A program made the translations under genes and the position numbers. The notes below the pieces were generated by a model. That model made no database searches and was not told where the DNA came from. It saw only the letters and a program-made list of their open reading frames with translations. A DNA stretch of 41,112 nt from the NCBI RefSeq assembly GCF_018977255.1, contig NW_024705480.1:1-41112 (forward strand), written 5' to 3'. This DNA comes from Callorhinchus milii. Its lineage: Eukaryota. Position 1 is the stretch's first letter. Each line of letters starts with the position of its first letter. Shown piece by piece: positions 1 through 10,830 of the stretch.

Positions 1-1139
1 GGAATTTCTATTATCAGCTTTGAAAAAGATTGATTATTGATTGACGCAAGAGTAGTACTGAAAGGGAATAAAGTGAATCTGTGTCAGTCTGTCTCAGGAG
101 CTCAGTAGCACTCTCGTTTTTTATTCAGAAATTTCTGGGATGATGCTTCACATTGGGAATAGTTAAGTGCCATTGGACATTTAACTTCCATCTGAACAGT
201 CAGCCAGATCTGAGTTGAACGTTTCATGCAAAGGTCCGCACCTCCAACGATGTAACACAGCCCCATCACTGCATTAGAAATCTAGTTAAGGCAATGTGAT
301 TCCATGTCCCAATATGGGGCTTGAACCAACAAACTGCTGACCCAGAGGTGAGATTGATTCCACTGAGTAAGGCTGGGACATACTGTCCTTTGGAAATTTC
401 TGTTATCCATCACGTCCAGGATTTTTCTTGGATTCATGATTTCCTTTAAACACATCCCATCAGTTAATAATACACAAAGCCTGAACCTATTTACGTGTGA
501 CCGACATACAGGGTTTATTTATCCAGTTTTCTCAAACAAAACTTTTCAATGAAGTATCGTTGAAATAAGGTCAATCTGCATAATAAGTTGTACAGATCCT
601 TTCAATAATGTATTCAGATATGCAATGTATTGTGCTACAATGGTGAGGAATGGTACTATGTACTTCAGTTGGATTTGCGAATGACTGTGTCAGTGTATCT
701 ACTGGAAGCATGGAACTATTGAATGTTTTGGTTGTTGGTAATTTGTAAGACTATTGATCTGCATTAATATCAGTGAGTCTATGAATCTGTATACAAACAG
801 GAACCCGATAATCCATTTTCATGACTGATTAACTCAACATGAGTATCAAGTTTATACATGTGTAAGTGATACTGTTGTGTGTGTGAAAACGTTTCTGAGT
901 TTTTCTCATGTTTAGGGCTGTTTATACCTTCAAGAAATGTTCTTGTAAAAAATAATAATGTGGTCACTCAATCAACAAATGTTTGTGGGACGATGCTCTC
1001 CGAAATTTGGTGCCGCATTTACCCAAAATAATATGCAATCAATTCATTTTAAAGTATATTCTGTGAAGCACTATGAGATGTCCCCTAATACGTGATAATG
1101 CACTGAATCAAACGCAATAATTATTATTAGAATAGCTAG

Positions 1140-2110
1140 AAGAGGCCTGTTATACAGAGACAACGCCTATGCTACAGAGACCAGGCCTGTTCTACAGAAC
1201 CAGGCCCTGTAATACGGAGAGATTGCCTGTGATAAGAAACAGGCCCGAGAAACACAAACCAAGCTTGATTTACAGATAACCTGCTCTGCAGAGACCAGAC
1301 ATATTATACAGAGACTAGGCCTGTTATACAGAGACCAAGTCTGTTATACAGAGTCCAGAGCTGCTGTGCAGAGACCAGGCCTGTTATACGTAGACAAGGC
1401 CTGTGATGCAGAGACTAGGCATGTTATATAGATGACCAGGCCTGTTATAGATTAACCATGCCTGGTATGCAGAGAGCAGGCCTGTTACACATTGACTCGA
1501 CATGTGATGCAGAGACTAGGCACGTTATATATGGAAGAGGTCTGTTTTACATGGACGGGACAGTTTATACAGGCACCAGATTCGTTATGCTGAGGTCAGG
1601 CCTGTTGTGTAGATAATCGGCCTGTTAGAGAGTGACCAGGCCTGTTATGCAGAGAACAAGCCTGTTATACAGAAGCCAGGCCTATTATACTGAAACATGC
1701 CTTTTATACAGAGACGAGGCCTGCTAAACGGTGACCAGGCCTGTTATCAGAAACGAGGTCTGTTATACAGATACCAAGCCTTCTAAAATGTGACCAGGCC
1801 TTTAAAAAACTGAACAGGTTTGTTATGCAGCGAACAGAATTGTTTTTTACAGCAACCAGGCTTATTATACAGAGACCAGGCCTACTATCAGAGACTAGGC
1901 CTTTTACACATGCACCAGGCAAGTTATACAGAGAACAGAACCAAACACAATACCTGCAGATGCCGGAACCTGAAACAGAAACAGAGAGAGCTCCTATAAG
2001 AGATCAGGCCTGTTATACAGATACCGGATATGTTATAAAGAGCACAGACCTGATATACAGAGAACTCTCTCTGATTTTGTACACGGAGACCAGACCTGTT
2101 TCAGGCATAA
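1140..2110 (+). repeat. Degenerate 20-bp minisatellite (consensus ACAGAGACCAGGCCTGTTAT)
   Basis: Dozens of diverged copies of agaccaggcctgttatacag; a further stretch at 2809-3010. Confidence 0.95.
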
Positions 2111-2129
2111 CCAAGAGCAATTGTACAAT

Positions 2130-2480
2130 AGCAATCTCTTTTTGGTAAATATTCATATGAATAAACTGTCAGATATGGTTAATTGCTGATGATCATTCAG
2201 TCAGAACAGCAGTTGGAGTTCAACGGTGGAGCTGACGAAGGCAGTTGTGTGTCATTAGTATTGTGGAGGTGCACCTCATGTCGGTGAAATCTATTGCTCA
2301 GTGGGAAATTTTAGATAGTGAAGAGGAAAGGGCCACGGATGAATTTCTGAAGAGCACCACTCGTGTATGTTTGGAAACAGCAGAAGGAGCCATTTCAAAT
2401 GCCTAAAAAGTAATGCTAGAATACCTAAGAGTTAAGCTAGGACAGGACAGAAACTTGAAGGTGGAGCAGAGAGCTGCTGC
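2130..2480 (-). mobile_element. Decayed L2/CR1-type LINE reverse-transcriptase fragment
   Basis: Reverse complement of 39680-40060, which shows degenerate GxxQxxILGPxLF and (YADD)TQL-like motifs. Confidence 0.5.
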
Positions 2481-2483
2481 TTC

Positions 2484-2804
2484 TAATAATAATAAGAATC
2501 CCTGCATTTGATACAGTGCTTTTCACGACGGGAGGCCATCCCAAAGCGCTTCACAGAACACACTGTAAAGTGAATTGACTGTATATTTGTGGGCGAACGC
2601 GGCAGCCAATTGTGCACAGCAATGTCACACAGACAGTCGTCGATTGAAAATGATCAATTTATTATTGTTTTGGGATTTCGAGGGATTATTATTAGGCTCT
2701 GTGTGGAGTAAGGAAACTTGCCCAAGGTTTCGCCCTTTGCCTGGAATTGAACTCGGGTCTCTTGCTTGCAAAGCGAGTGCTCTAAACACTGAACTACAGG
2801 ACTC
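2484..2804 (-). mobile_element. Full-length tRNA-derived SINE (~320 bp)
   Basis: Reverse-complement head GAGTCCTGTAGTTCAGTGTTTAGAGCACTCGCTTTGCAAGC; central ttgctgtgcacaattggctgccgcgtt; tail gtgaagcgctttggga...tatcaaatgca + (TTA)n. Confidence 0.92.
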
Positions 2805-4620
2805 CACTATGCAGAGAACAGACCTTTTTTACAGCAACCAGGATTATTATGCAGAGACCAGGCCTACTAGCAGAGACTAGGCCTTTTACACATGCACCAG
2901 GCAAGTTATACAGAGACTAGAACCAAACACAATACCTGCAGATGCTGGAACCTGAAACAAAATAGAGATAGAGATAGAGCTGCTGTAAGAGGTCAGGCCT
3001 TTTATACAGAAGCCTGGAATTGAATCCTTCTGTGGCCAACCGAGATATTGCTGCAGAATAGCTTCTGTATCTGATTGTTATGTTCTCAAAAGCCGTCAAG
3101 GCAGCAGTGCTGGGGATTGTATTTCTTTCTGCATTGAATAGCCTTTTTCATCATTTAGCATGGTCACAATATCAGCACAGAGTGTTTCAGAGTGCTGGAC
3201 GGATATAATGTAAAGTGTTCTTTTTCCAATCATGTTTTGTGCAGCAATGTACCACACACAGCAGTAGAGAGAGTAACAAATATGGTGGGGTATTGGAAAA
3301 AGGAAGGTTAAACTGCCTTAACTTTGGAACCGTACCTTAGAATAACGATACCCTTTTCATCCAGAAATATGCAGTCAACTCACTTTGCAGTGTATTCCGT
3401 GAAGCGCTTTCAGATGTCTAGAAGACGTGAAAGACGCGATATCAAATGCCAGGATTACTATTATTTATTAACATCGCACAACATATGCTCAGAGGGCATC
3501 TCAGATAAGCATATGTTCGGAACTCAGAAATTCTGACAAAGCAGCTCTTCCCCATCTCTGTAGCTGGGTGACCCTCGAGGCAACAACAGTTTCCAGTCCG
3601 ACATATACACCATTATAAACCATTCGGACATTATGGCATTGACCATTTCCAACATTGTGTTTGCACTTCAACCCAAAATATTCTAAATCAGAGGCGTAAA
3701 AGAGCGTCACTTACAGAGCCGGGATGAAAGTGTCAATTAATAATGATATTCGCTTGAAATTTGAATGGAACGTATTGCTGATGTGGACAAATGAAGGCAA
3801 ACTGTAGTTGTCGATGAGTGTAAATCATTTTACAAAGGTCACTTGCAGAGTGGGGAGGCAAATGGTCTCTGGGATGTGATACCAGAGAGTGGGGGCAGAT
3901 AGTCTGAAGGCCCAATGGCGTGATGGTCAGTGCAGGGCAGGGGACATTGAGAAGGCGAAAGGAAGAATCGGATCAGTTCATAGGGTGTAAGGAGTTTGGG
4001 CAGGTCGGTCTGGGCTAAAACCGCAGAGGCAATTCAATGCATGGAGGGGGCTATGATCATCCACTAAATGGTGGCAATGATCGCCTGGTATATGATGGAG
4101 GCTTTGATCACCCGGTGGCTATGATCAACCCATTTGAGCTATTGACAACGGTGCTTGTATGAAAGACTTTCTACAATAATGGTTGCAATCGGTTTCATCC
4201 CATTCTCCAACCATTTCCGCCGCAGTCTTTTTATGTTCCTGTTCCAGATATTTACGGATTGCTCTCGGATCAGGAAAGAGGAATTTGTCTCAGCCATGGT
4301 TTCATTTTGGGCAAGTAACGTCATAACTCATATCCCTGTGTAATGTTATATGTTTTTGTTTTGGATTTCAGTGTTTTGACTTGAATTGTTTTATGATAGT
4401 GGATTGGTTCCGTCAAAGTTTGTATACCTTTCTGACAAAAGTAAAAATATTTTATTTTGTTAAAACTATTAAATCTACAAACTTAAGCGCTGTTCCTCAA
4501 AATTTTTCATTTAATAATCTGCATTGGATCACCTAGACGAAGCGAAAATTATTTTAGATTTCACATCGGTTGAATTAATTTGCACGTAAATTATCTGCCA
4601 GTTTCCTCCCTTGCAGTTTA

Positions 4621-4940
4621 GCAGTGCAGCTCAGTGGTTAGAGCACTCTCTTTGCAAGCGAGAGACCTGAGTTCAATTCCAGGCAAAGGGCGAAACCTTG
4701 GACAAGTTTCCTTCCTCCACACAGAGTCTAATAATAATCCCTCCAAAACCAAAAACAATAATAAATTGCTCATTTTCAATCTACGACTGTTTGTGGGACA
4801 TTGCTGTGCGCAATTCTCTGCCGCGTTCGCCCGCAATATATACAGTCAATGCACTTTACAGTGTGTTCTGTGAAGCGCTTTGGGACGACCTCCCGACGTG
4901 AAAAGCGCTATATCAAATGCAAGGATTATTATTATTATTA
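4621..4940 (+). mobile_element. Full-length tRNA-derived SINE, same family
   Basis: A box gctcagtggttagagc, B-box-like gagttcaattcc, L2-like 3' tail ending (TTA)n. The empty site is present in the right arm near 36505. Confidence 0.93.
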
Positions 4941-7134
4941 CCAGCTGATCTGTCATATTGAAGAGCGGAATTATCTGCTCCCCTGTGGCCACCCGAGGTA
5001 CTGCAGAGTGGAGAATGGCTTTCTTATCTGATTGTAATGTTGTCAAAATCCGACAAGAAATCAGGGCTGCGGATCTCTTAAATTAATGCTTTATTAATCG
5101 AACCAACACAAAGTTCTGGAGAGGTAAAGCACAGCAATAGAAACATGTTGCTTTATTTACCAAAATTTTCTAAATAGTTACAGTATATTCTACATTATTT
5201 TACTATATATTCTGTGATGCACATTGTGAAGTCCCTAGGATTTGATAATGGACTGTATCAAATCCAAGGAATATTAAGATAATACTGGACAAAGCCTATT
5301 TTACAGAGATGTTGATTGCTATTCAGAGACCATTGACCTTCACTTGGAGTACGAATTCAACTTATTGTCTGTACGGACAAATGAAGGCAAGAAATATGTT
5401 GGCGAATAGTGTAAACCCATTGACAACGATCAGGGTAATGTGTACAATGATATGGGGGTGAGCATCACTGCTTACTGTATGTTTTTCGTGCAGTTCCTGT
5501 TAAATGTTAATGCATCCCAGAATAAGGAGTGAAAATTACAAAAAAAAAGTCAATTTAATTGTAACAAGTATCGAAGGCCATGCGAGAACAATGTTAAACC
5601 TAATTAAGTAAATATTTTAACCATTTGAATTAGTGTTAATTCGCCACTGACCGGTACAATAGGCCTAATATGTGTGATCAAATATTTGCTCCGATGAGTT
5701 AGCTCTGGTGGGTAGACATGTGGGGTGTGAACCCGACACACATGTGAGCACGTTGTCGCCTGAGTTTTAAATCTACAAAGCTTTGATCTACAGTGTTTCA
5801 GAGGCCTGTAATTATAGCACATCAACTCTCGTAAATGTTCTATTTGCGCTACATATTTTGTTATTTGCTGCTACATTATTTGCGTTATTTGACATCTTTC
5901 AAGTTGTAGTAATAGTGGATTTAGATAACTCGATCTAATTTGTTAATTTGGCCGCTGTTTACTTCAACCACGCATCCAGGTCCATCTGCAAAGCACCAGA
6001 AATTTTGTGGTGCAGACCGTGTCGACTAAAATAATTTTTAACTCTTTGTAAGATCTGCCTCTGCAGCTTCCGCTCCAGTAGTTCTCGTCGCGCAAACTCC
6101 TACCCCTTCACCTCCACCCCCCAAAAAATGACATCCCCCAAGCTGCCATCCCCGTCTCTTTCTCTCTCTCACACGCAAGCACTATTATTATTATTATTAT
6201 TATTATTATACATTATTAAGGACGGAATTTATTTCAAGCTCCACATCCAGAACCTTCAGCAAAGCATCAGAAACTGTAGGGCGCAGCCTGTGCCAAGTCA
6301 AAATAAATTTATGTTAACTCTCCTGATAATCTGTCGCTTTAGCTTTCGCAGTCAGTCCCACTCTTTTTCTCTATGTCTCTCTCGCACACACACACACAAA
6401 CACACATACTTGTGTCAAGCAGAAAACCAGCAGCAGCTCAGATGTAATCTGACAGCAGTTCCAATGGTAACTCTTTCAAACCCAAAAAGGCACCACAGAA
6501 CTTTAGTAAATTATAGCTCAGAATAAATTCATTTGGAATATGTGTGATCAAATGATGGTTACACTTGTTTACATTAGGTAGTTCTGTGGGGCAGACGTAT
6601 CGACTGTGAGCACAACTCAGATGTTAGGGAAATTGGGCCTCTGAGGTTTAAATTTCACAGTGATTTGATCTCCAGTGTTTGCGATGCCTGCAGTTATAGC
6701 ACAGAAACGCTCGGGAAATTTATTTTCTGCTCATAACGTTAGTATTACTAATAGTGGATATGAATAAATACACCCCACCCCCACCCCGGTCTCTTTCTCT
6801 CTCACACACACATGCAAACACAGTCGATTTCAAGCAGGAAACACTCAGCCGGATGAGATGTTATCGGATATCAGTTGCCATAGTCACTCTTTACTTCTCA
6901 GAGAGGGATCACTGTGTGTGGAGCGTTTGCAAAACAGAAGAGAGACATTTGTTGGAGGTCTTTGAATGTAAACGTGTTTAGTCCATTTCACAGCCTTTCC
7001 CTGTACCACTGGATGTTAGTTCTGATTCACAAAGGAGAGACAACATTAAAGTGAGTTATTTCAGAGAGTGGAAATGAACTATATAAAATATTAAACTGCA
7101 TTCCCCCTGAAACAGACAACCACACAGCAGCACA

Positions 7135-7670
7135 GACATTGAAGCTCAGAGCCTCAGGAGGCCACGGTTACCCAGGGCAGAGCATAGACATTAGGGCTCA
7201 GAGCCTCAGGAGGCCATGGGTACCCAGGGCAGGGCAGAGACATTGGAGCTCAGAACCTCAGGAGGCCACGGGTACCCAGGGCAGGACACAGGTATTGGAG
7301 CTCAGAGCCTCAGGAGGCCACGGGTACCCAGGGCAGAGCACAGACATTGGAGCTCAGAGCCTCAGGAGGCCACGGTACCCAGGGCACAGCACAGACATTG
7401 GAGCTCAGAACCTCAGGAGGCCACGGGTACAGAGGGCAGAGCACAGACATTGGAGCTCAGAGCCTCAGGAGGCCACGGTACCCAGGGCACAGCACAGACA
7501 TTGGAGCTCAGAGCCTCAGGAGGCCACGGGTACCCAGGGCACAGCACAGACATTGGAGCTCAGAGCCTCAGGAGGTCACGTACAGGGCACAGCACAGAGA
7601 TTGGAGCTCAGAGCCTCAGGAGGCCACGGATGCACAGGGCAGGGCACAGACATTGGAGCTCAGAGACTGT
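7135..7670 (+). repeat. 52-bp minisatellite, about 10-11 copies
   Basis: Unit CAGACATTGGAGCTCAGAGCCTCAGGAGGCCACGGGTACCCAGGGCAGAGCA recurs at about 7139, 7191, 7243, 7295, 7347, 7398, 7450, 7501, 7553, 7601 and 7653. Confidence 0.97.
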
Positions 7671-7699
7671 GGAGTTGAAGGACAATCAAAAACAAAAAC

Positions 7700-8170
7700 T
7701 TAGATTTGTGTAGCGCCGTCCAAGCCGGACGGCGTCTCAGAGCGCTTTGCAATAAATATTACCGAGGCGGAGCGAGGGGGAGGGAAAGGAGGTGAGCAAA
7801 GGCGCGGCCCTGAATGTAGGAAGAGAGGTGGGAGGCTGAGGGGCACGAACATGCAGTGCTAGTGGGTGACAAGACGCAGGAGGATGAGGCTGCCAGGCGG
7901 ACATATTTACTATAGTTGAAAGAAGTCCATGACCTCCTCGCACTTGGCGTTCGATGCGAAATTGTGGAGGCCTGAGGGAGCGAGCGGAGGAGGTAATGGG
8001 TAGTGGAAAAAAGACCTTTAGAGTTTTTTTTTTGTCTCCAGGATGATGTTGGAGAGGAAGGCCGTTTTCGCACGCGTCAAAGAAAGTCTGTAGCTGTGGA
8101 GATGCTCGAGCCACAGTTGTTGGTGATCTGTCAGGCCAGTTTTACCATCTGCGCTCGAGCAGCCGGGATT
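7700..8170 (-). mobile_element. Probable decayed L2-type LINE 3' fragment
   Basis: Reverse-complement end resembles the SINE/L2 tail (aaagcgctctgagacgccgtcc...ggacggcgctacacaaat) with a stem-loop; purine-rich + strand typical of reversed L2 ORF2 ends. Confidence 0.4.
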
Positions 8171-8184
8171 GGACAACCCAACGT

Positions 8185-9170
8185 CACTGCCCTCTAATCC
8201 ACATCATTACACTCTACCCCATATCATTGCCCTCTACTCCACATTACTGCCCTCTAATCCACATCATTCCCCTCTACCCCATATCATTGCCCTCTACTCC
8301 ACATCACTACTCTCTTCCCCACATCATTGCCCTACATATCACTGTCTCTACCACATCTCTACACTCTACCCCACATAACTGCCCTCTAATCCACATCACG
8401 ACCTCTAACCACATCACTGCCCTCTATCCACATCACCGGCCTCTACCCCACAGCACTGCCCTCTAATCCACATCATTACCCTCTACCCATATCATTGCCC
8501 TCTACTCCACACACTACTCTCTACCCTCATTGCACTCTAATCCATATCACTGTCCTCTACCCCACATCTCTACACTCTACCCCACATAACTGCCCTCTAA
8601 TCCACATCACGACCCTCTAACCCACATCACTGCCCTCTACCCCACATCACCGCCCTCTACCCCACATCACTGCCCTCTAATCCACATCATTACCCTCTAC
8701 CCCATATCATTGCCCTCTACTCCACATCACTACTCTCTACCCCACATCATTGCACTCTAATCAATATCACTGTCCTCTACCCTACATCTGTACACTCTAC
8801 CCCACATAACTGCCCTCTAAGCCGCATCACGACCATCTAACCCACATCACTGCCCTCTATCCCACATCGCCGCCCTCTACCCCACATCACTGCCCTCTAA
8901 TCAACATCATTACCCTCTACCCCATATCATTGCCCTCTACTCCACATCACTACTCTCTACCCCACATCATTGCACTCTAATCCATATCACTGTCCTCTAC
9001 CCCACATCTCTACACTATACCCCACATAACTGCCCTCTAATCCACATCACGACCCTCTAACCCACATCACTGCCCTCTACCCCACATCACTGCCCTCTAC
9101 TACACATCACTGGCCTCTACCCCACATCACTGCACTCTACCCCACATCACTGCCCTCTACCTCACACCTC
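8185..9170 (+). repeat. 20-bp minisatellite (CCCCACATCACTGCCCTCTA) with 220-bp higher-order period
   Basis: About 49 monomers. The diagnostic variant 'cccacataac' is at 8581, 8801 and 9021, and 'taccctctac' at 8691 and 8911. Confidence 0.97.
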
Positions 9171-10744
9171 TTCAGTGATCCAGGCTGTATTTCGTGAGAA
9201 TCACACCGAATTTCAGATCACGAACCTGCTAATTCTTCTGCAATCCATTGTGGTCAGGGACAGACAGATGTAAGTGGTTTGTGTGTTCTGCACTTGAAAA
9301 CAATGACAAACAACTGGGCGGTTACATGACCATTTGATATTTATTGAAGTCTATTTGATTTTAACTCACCATTTACAATCTGTTTGTTAATTAGATAAAC
9401 AGTCAAGAGCAGATATCTCTCTTGTGACACATGGTGGGTGCTGTCATAACATCAATTCTCTTTTGTTTGCTCTCTGTACTTTTACCATTATTCCCAAAAC
9501 TAATACCGCCGTGGTTTACAGAATAAACATAGAACTTTCTGGTTCCATACAAGTTTCATCTGAAACTGGATCTATTTTTAACCAACTGACCAATGACTCA
9601 TTTTAGGAAATAAAATAACATGATTGATATAATTCAACAAAAATAACTAAACAAATATGTGCAGATATCTAATAATTTTGTCACAATCAATGTTTTAAAA
9701 TGACGAGAAAATAAAAAAAATCGTAAGCGCAGTTGCAGTCTAGAATCGTAAGCATAAAAGTAAATTCAAAACAAATTAAAAAAGGATAAAAAATACAACC
9801 ATTTTCTGTGTAATATGATAACACGAGCAAAGGCGTCAGTTTACTGCAATGTTTAAAATATGCATTATATTCGCCCTGAAATGCAAACAAATCATTCTGA
9901 AAATCACAGAAGAATGTTTTACACAGAGCATATGTGGAAACCTGCAATCAAAGAAGGATGTGACACGTGTTCATATTAATTGCGTTGGTAAGTTGGTGGA
10001 ACATTTATATTCATCTTGTCCACTGGTTATCTATCTGAAGATAATCAGTAATTAAATGAAAATTCAGCTGAATGGCTATGCAAAACATATTGAAAGATAT
10101 TATTTAAAGGGAAGAAGTTTATTCTCATCAATAACATAATATTGATCCATTTATAACATCCTAAAGTACAGCACATTGGCTGTGACAATCTCTGGGGCTG
10201 TTTCTTGGGTTTCATTCACGGGCTGCTGTTTGAGAGACCATTTCCTACTGTTTTAGTTAATGTTTCTGTCATTTGATACGATATTTATTAAGGAAGAAGG
10301 ACGTTTTACGCTCAAATAGCAGAAGGTGAAATCAGCTTTTGATTCAGGAAAATAAAATAAAAGTTTTGCGCATAACGTATAGAACAATAATCTCTGAGTC
10401 AAATAAAGAAAATAGTTCCAACAGTTCAGAATAGTAAATATAAATTAACGTTTTAGTCGCATTCAACCATGGATCACATCACTGTGAAGTTGTTGACAAG
10501 AAGTATTTAGTTGTAGTTCATCATCAATTGGCGTGAAGACATGGGTGACAACTGCACATGATCACTGCCATTCTGTCTAATATCAGCCTCAAGTCAGGAT
10601 TGTGAATGATTAAAATCACTGACCGGTGTTGGTCAAGTTGTGTAACCATTACAATCACCTGTAACTGTGACTACTATTACACATGTCACCAGGACGATCA
10701 TATCAATCATTGGCGGCTTTCTGTGATGTAAGCAATGCTGTAAA

Positions 10745-10830
10745 TCATGAACTCACCTGTTTGATGGGGATGTTGCGATCAGACGGTGCAGAGCTCAGGA
10801 GATTCCCTTTGATTCCCAATGGGAAGTTGT
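10745..10830 (-). CDS. Cytoplasmic exon 4 / probable last coding exon (DNFPLGIKGNLLSSAPSDRNIPIKQVSS*)
   Basis: aaatacag| acceptor in phase 1, open to a stop at 10745-10747. An internal CAG|gtgagt donor at 10757 could alternatively be used. Confidence 0.6.

Larger units (their letters stand above)
990..7690. repeat. Left arm of a diverged inverted segmental duplication (partner 33500-40650)
   Basis: Collinear reverse-complement matches: 1140-2110/40080-40540, 2110-2480/39680-40080, 3130-7690/33500-38005. Example: 5695-5820 'gatgagttagctctggtg...gaggcctgtaattatagca' matches the reverse complement of 35265-35395. Confidence 0.9.

Noticed and set aside
1..990. Mirror-image GPR139-like exon expected at the outer end of the left arm
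   Set aside because: No YYP...GVP motif or matching donor found on the minus strand here; if present it lies outside the window.
2575..2880. Recurrent ORFs such as 'KETCPRFRPLPGIEL' and 'CSVKRFGTSSRREKR'
   Set aside because: They are translations of SINE copies, not a protein family.
4621..4700. tRNA-Ala(TGC) gene (also at 2740-2804, 25050-25110, 35860-35925)
   Set aside because: These are SINE heads: no acceptor-stem closure, and each continues into the same body and (TTA)n tail.
7139..7713. Long ORFs in all three frames (also 32580-33216, 33490-33747, 8169-8466)
   Set aside because: By-products of stop-poor minisatellites with unit lengths not divisible by 3; no splice or domain support.
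7135..9170. CRISPR-like arrays
   Set aside because: Head-to-tail tandem repeats without unique spacers, no cas genes, and a spliced vertebrate context.
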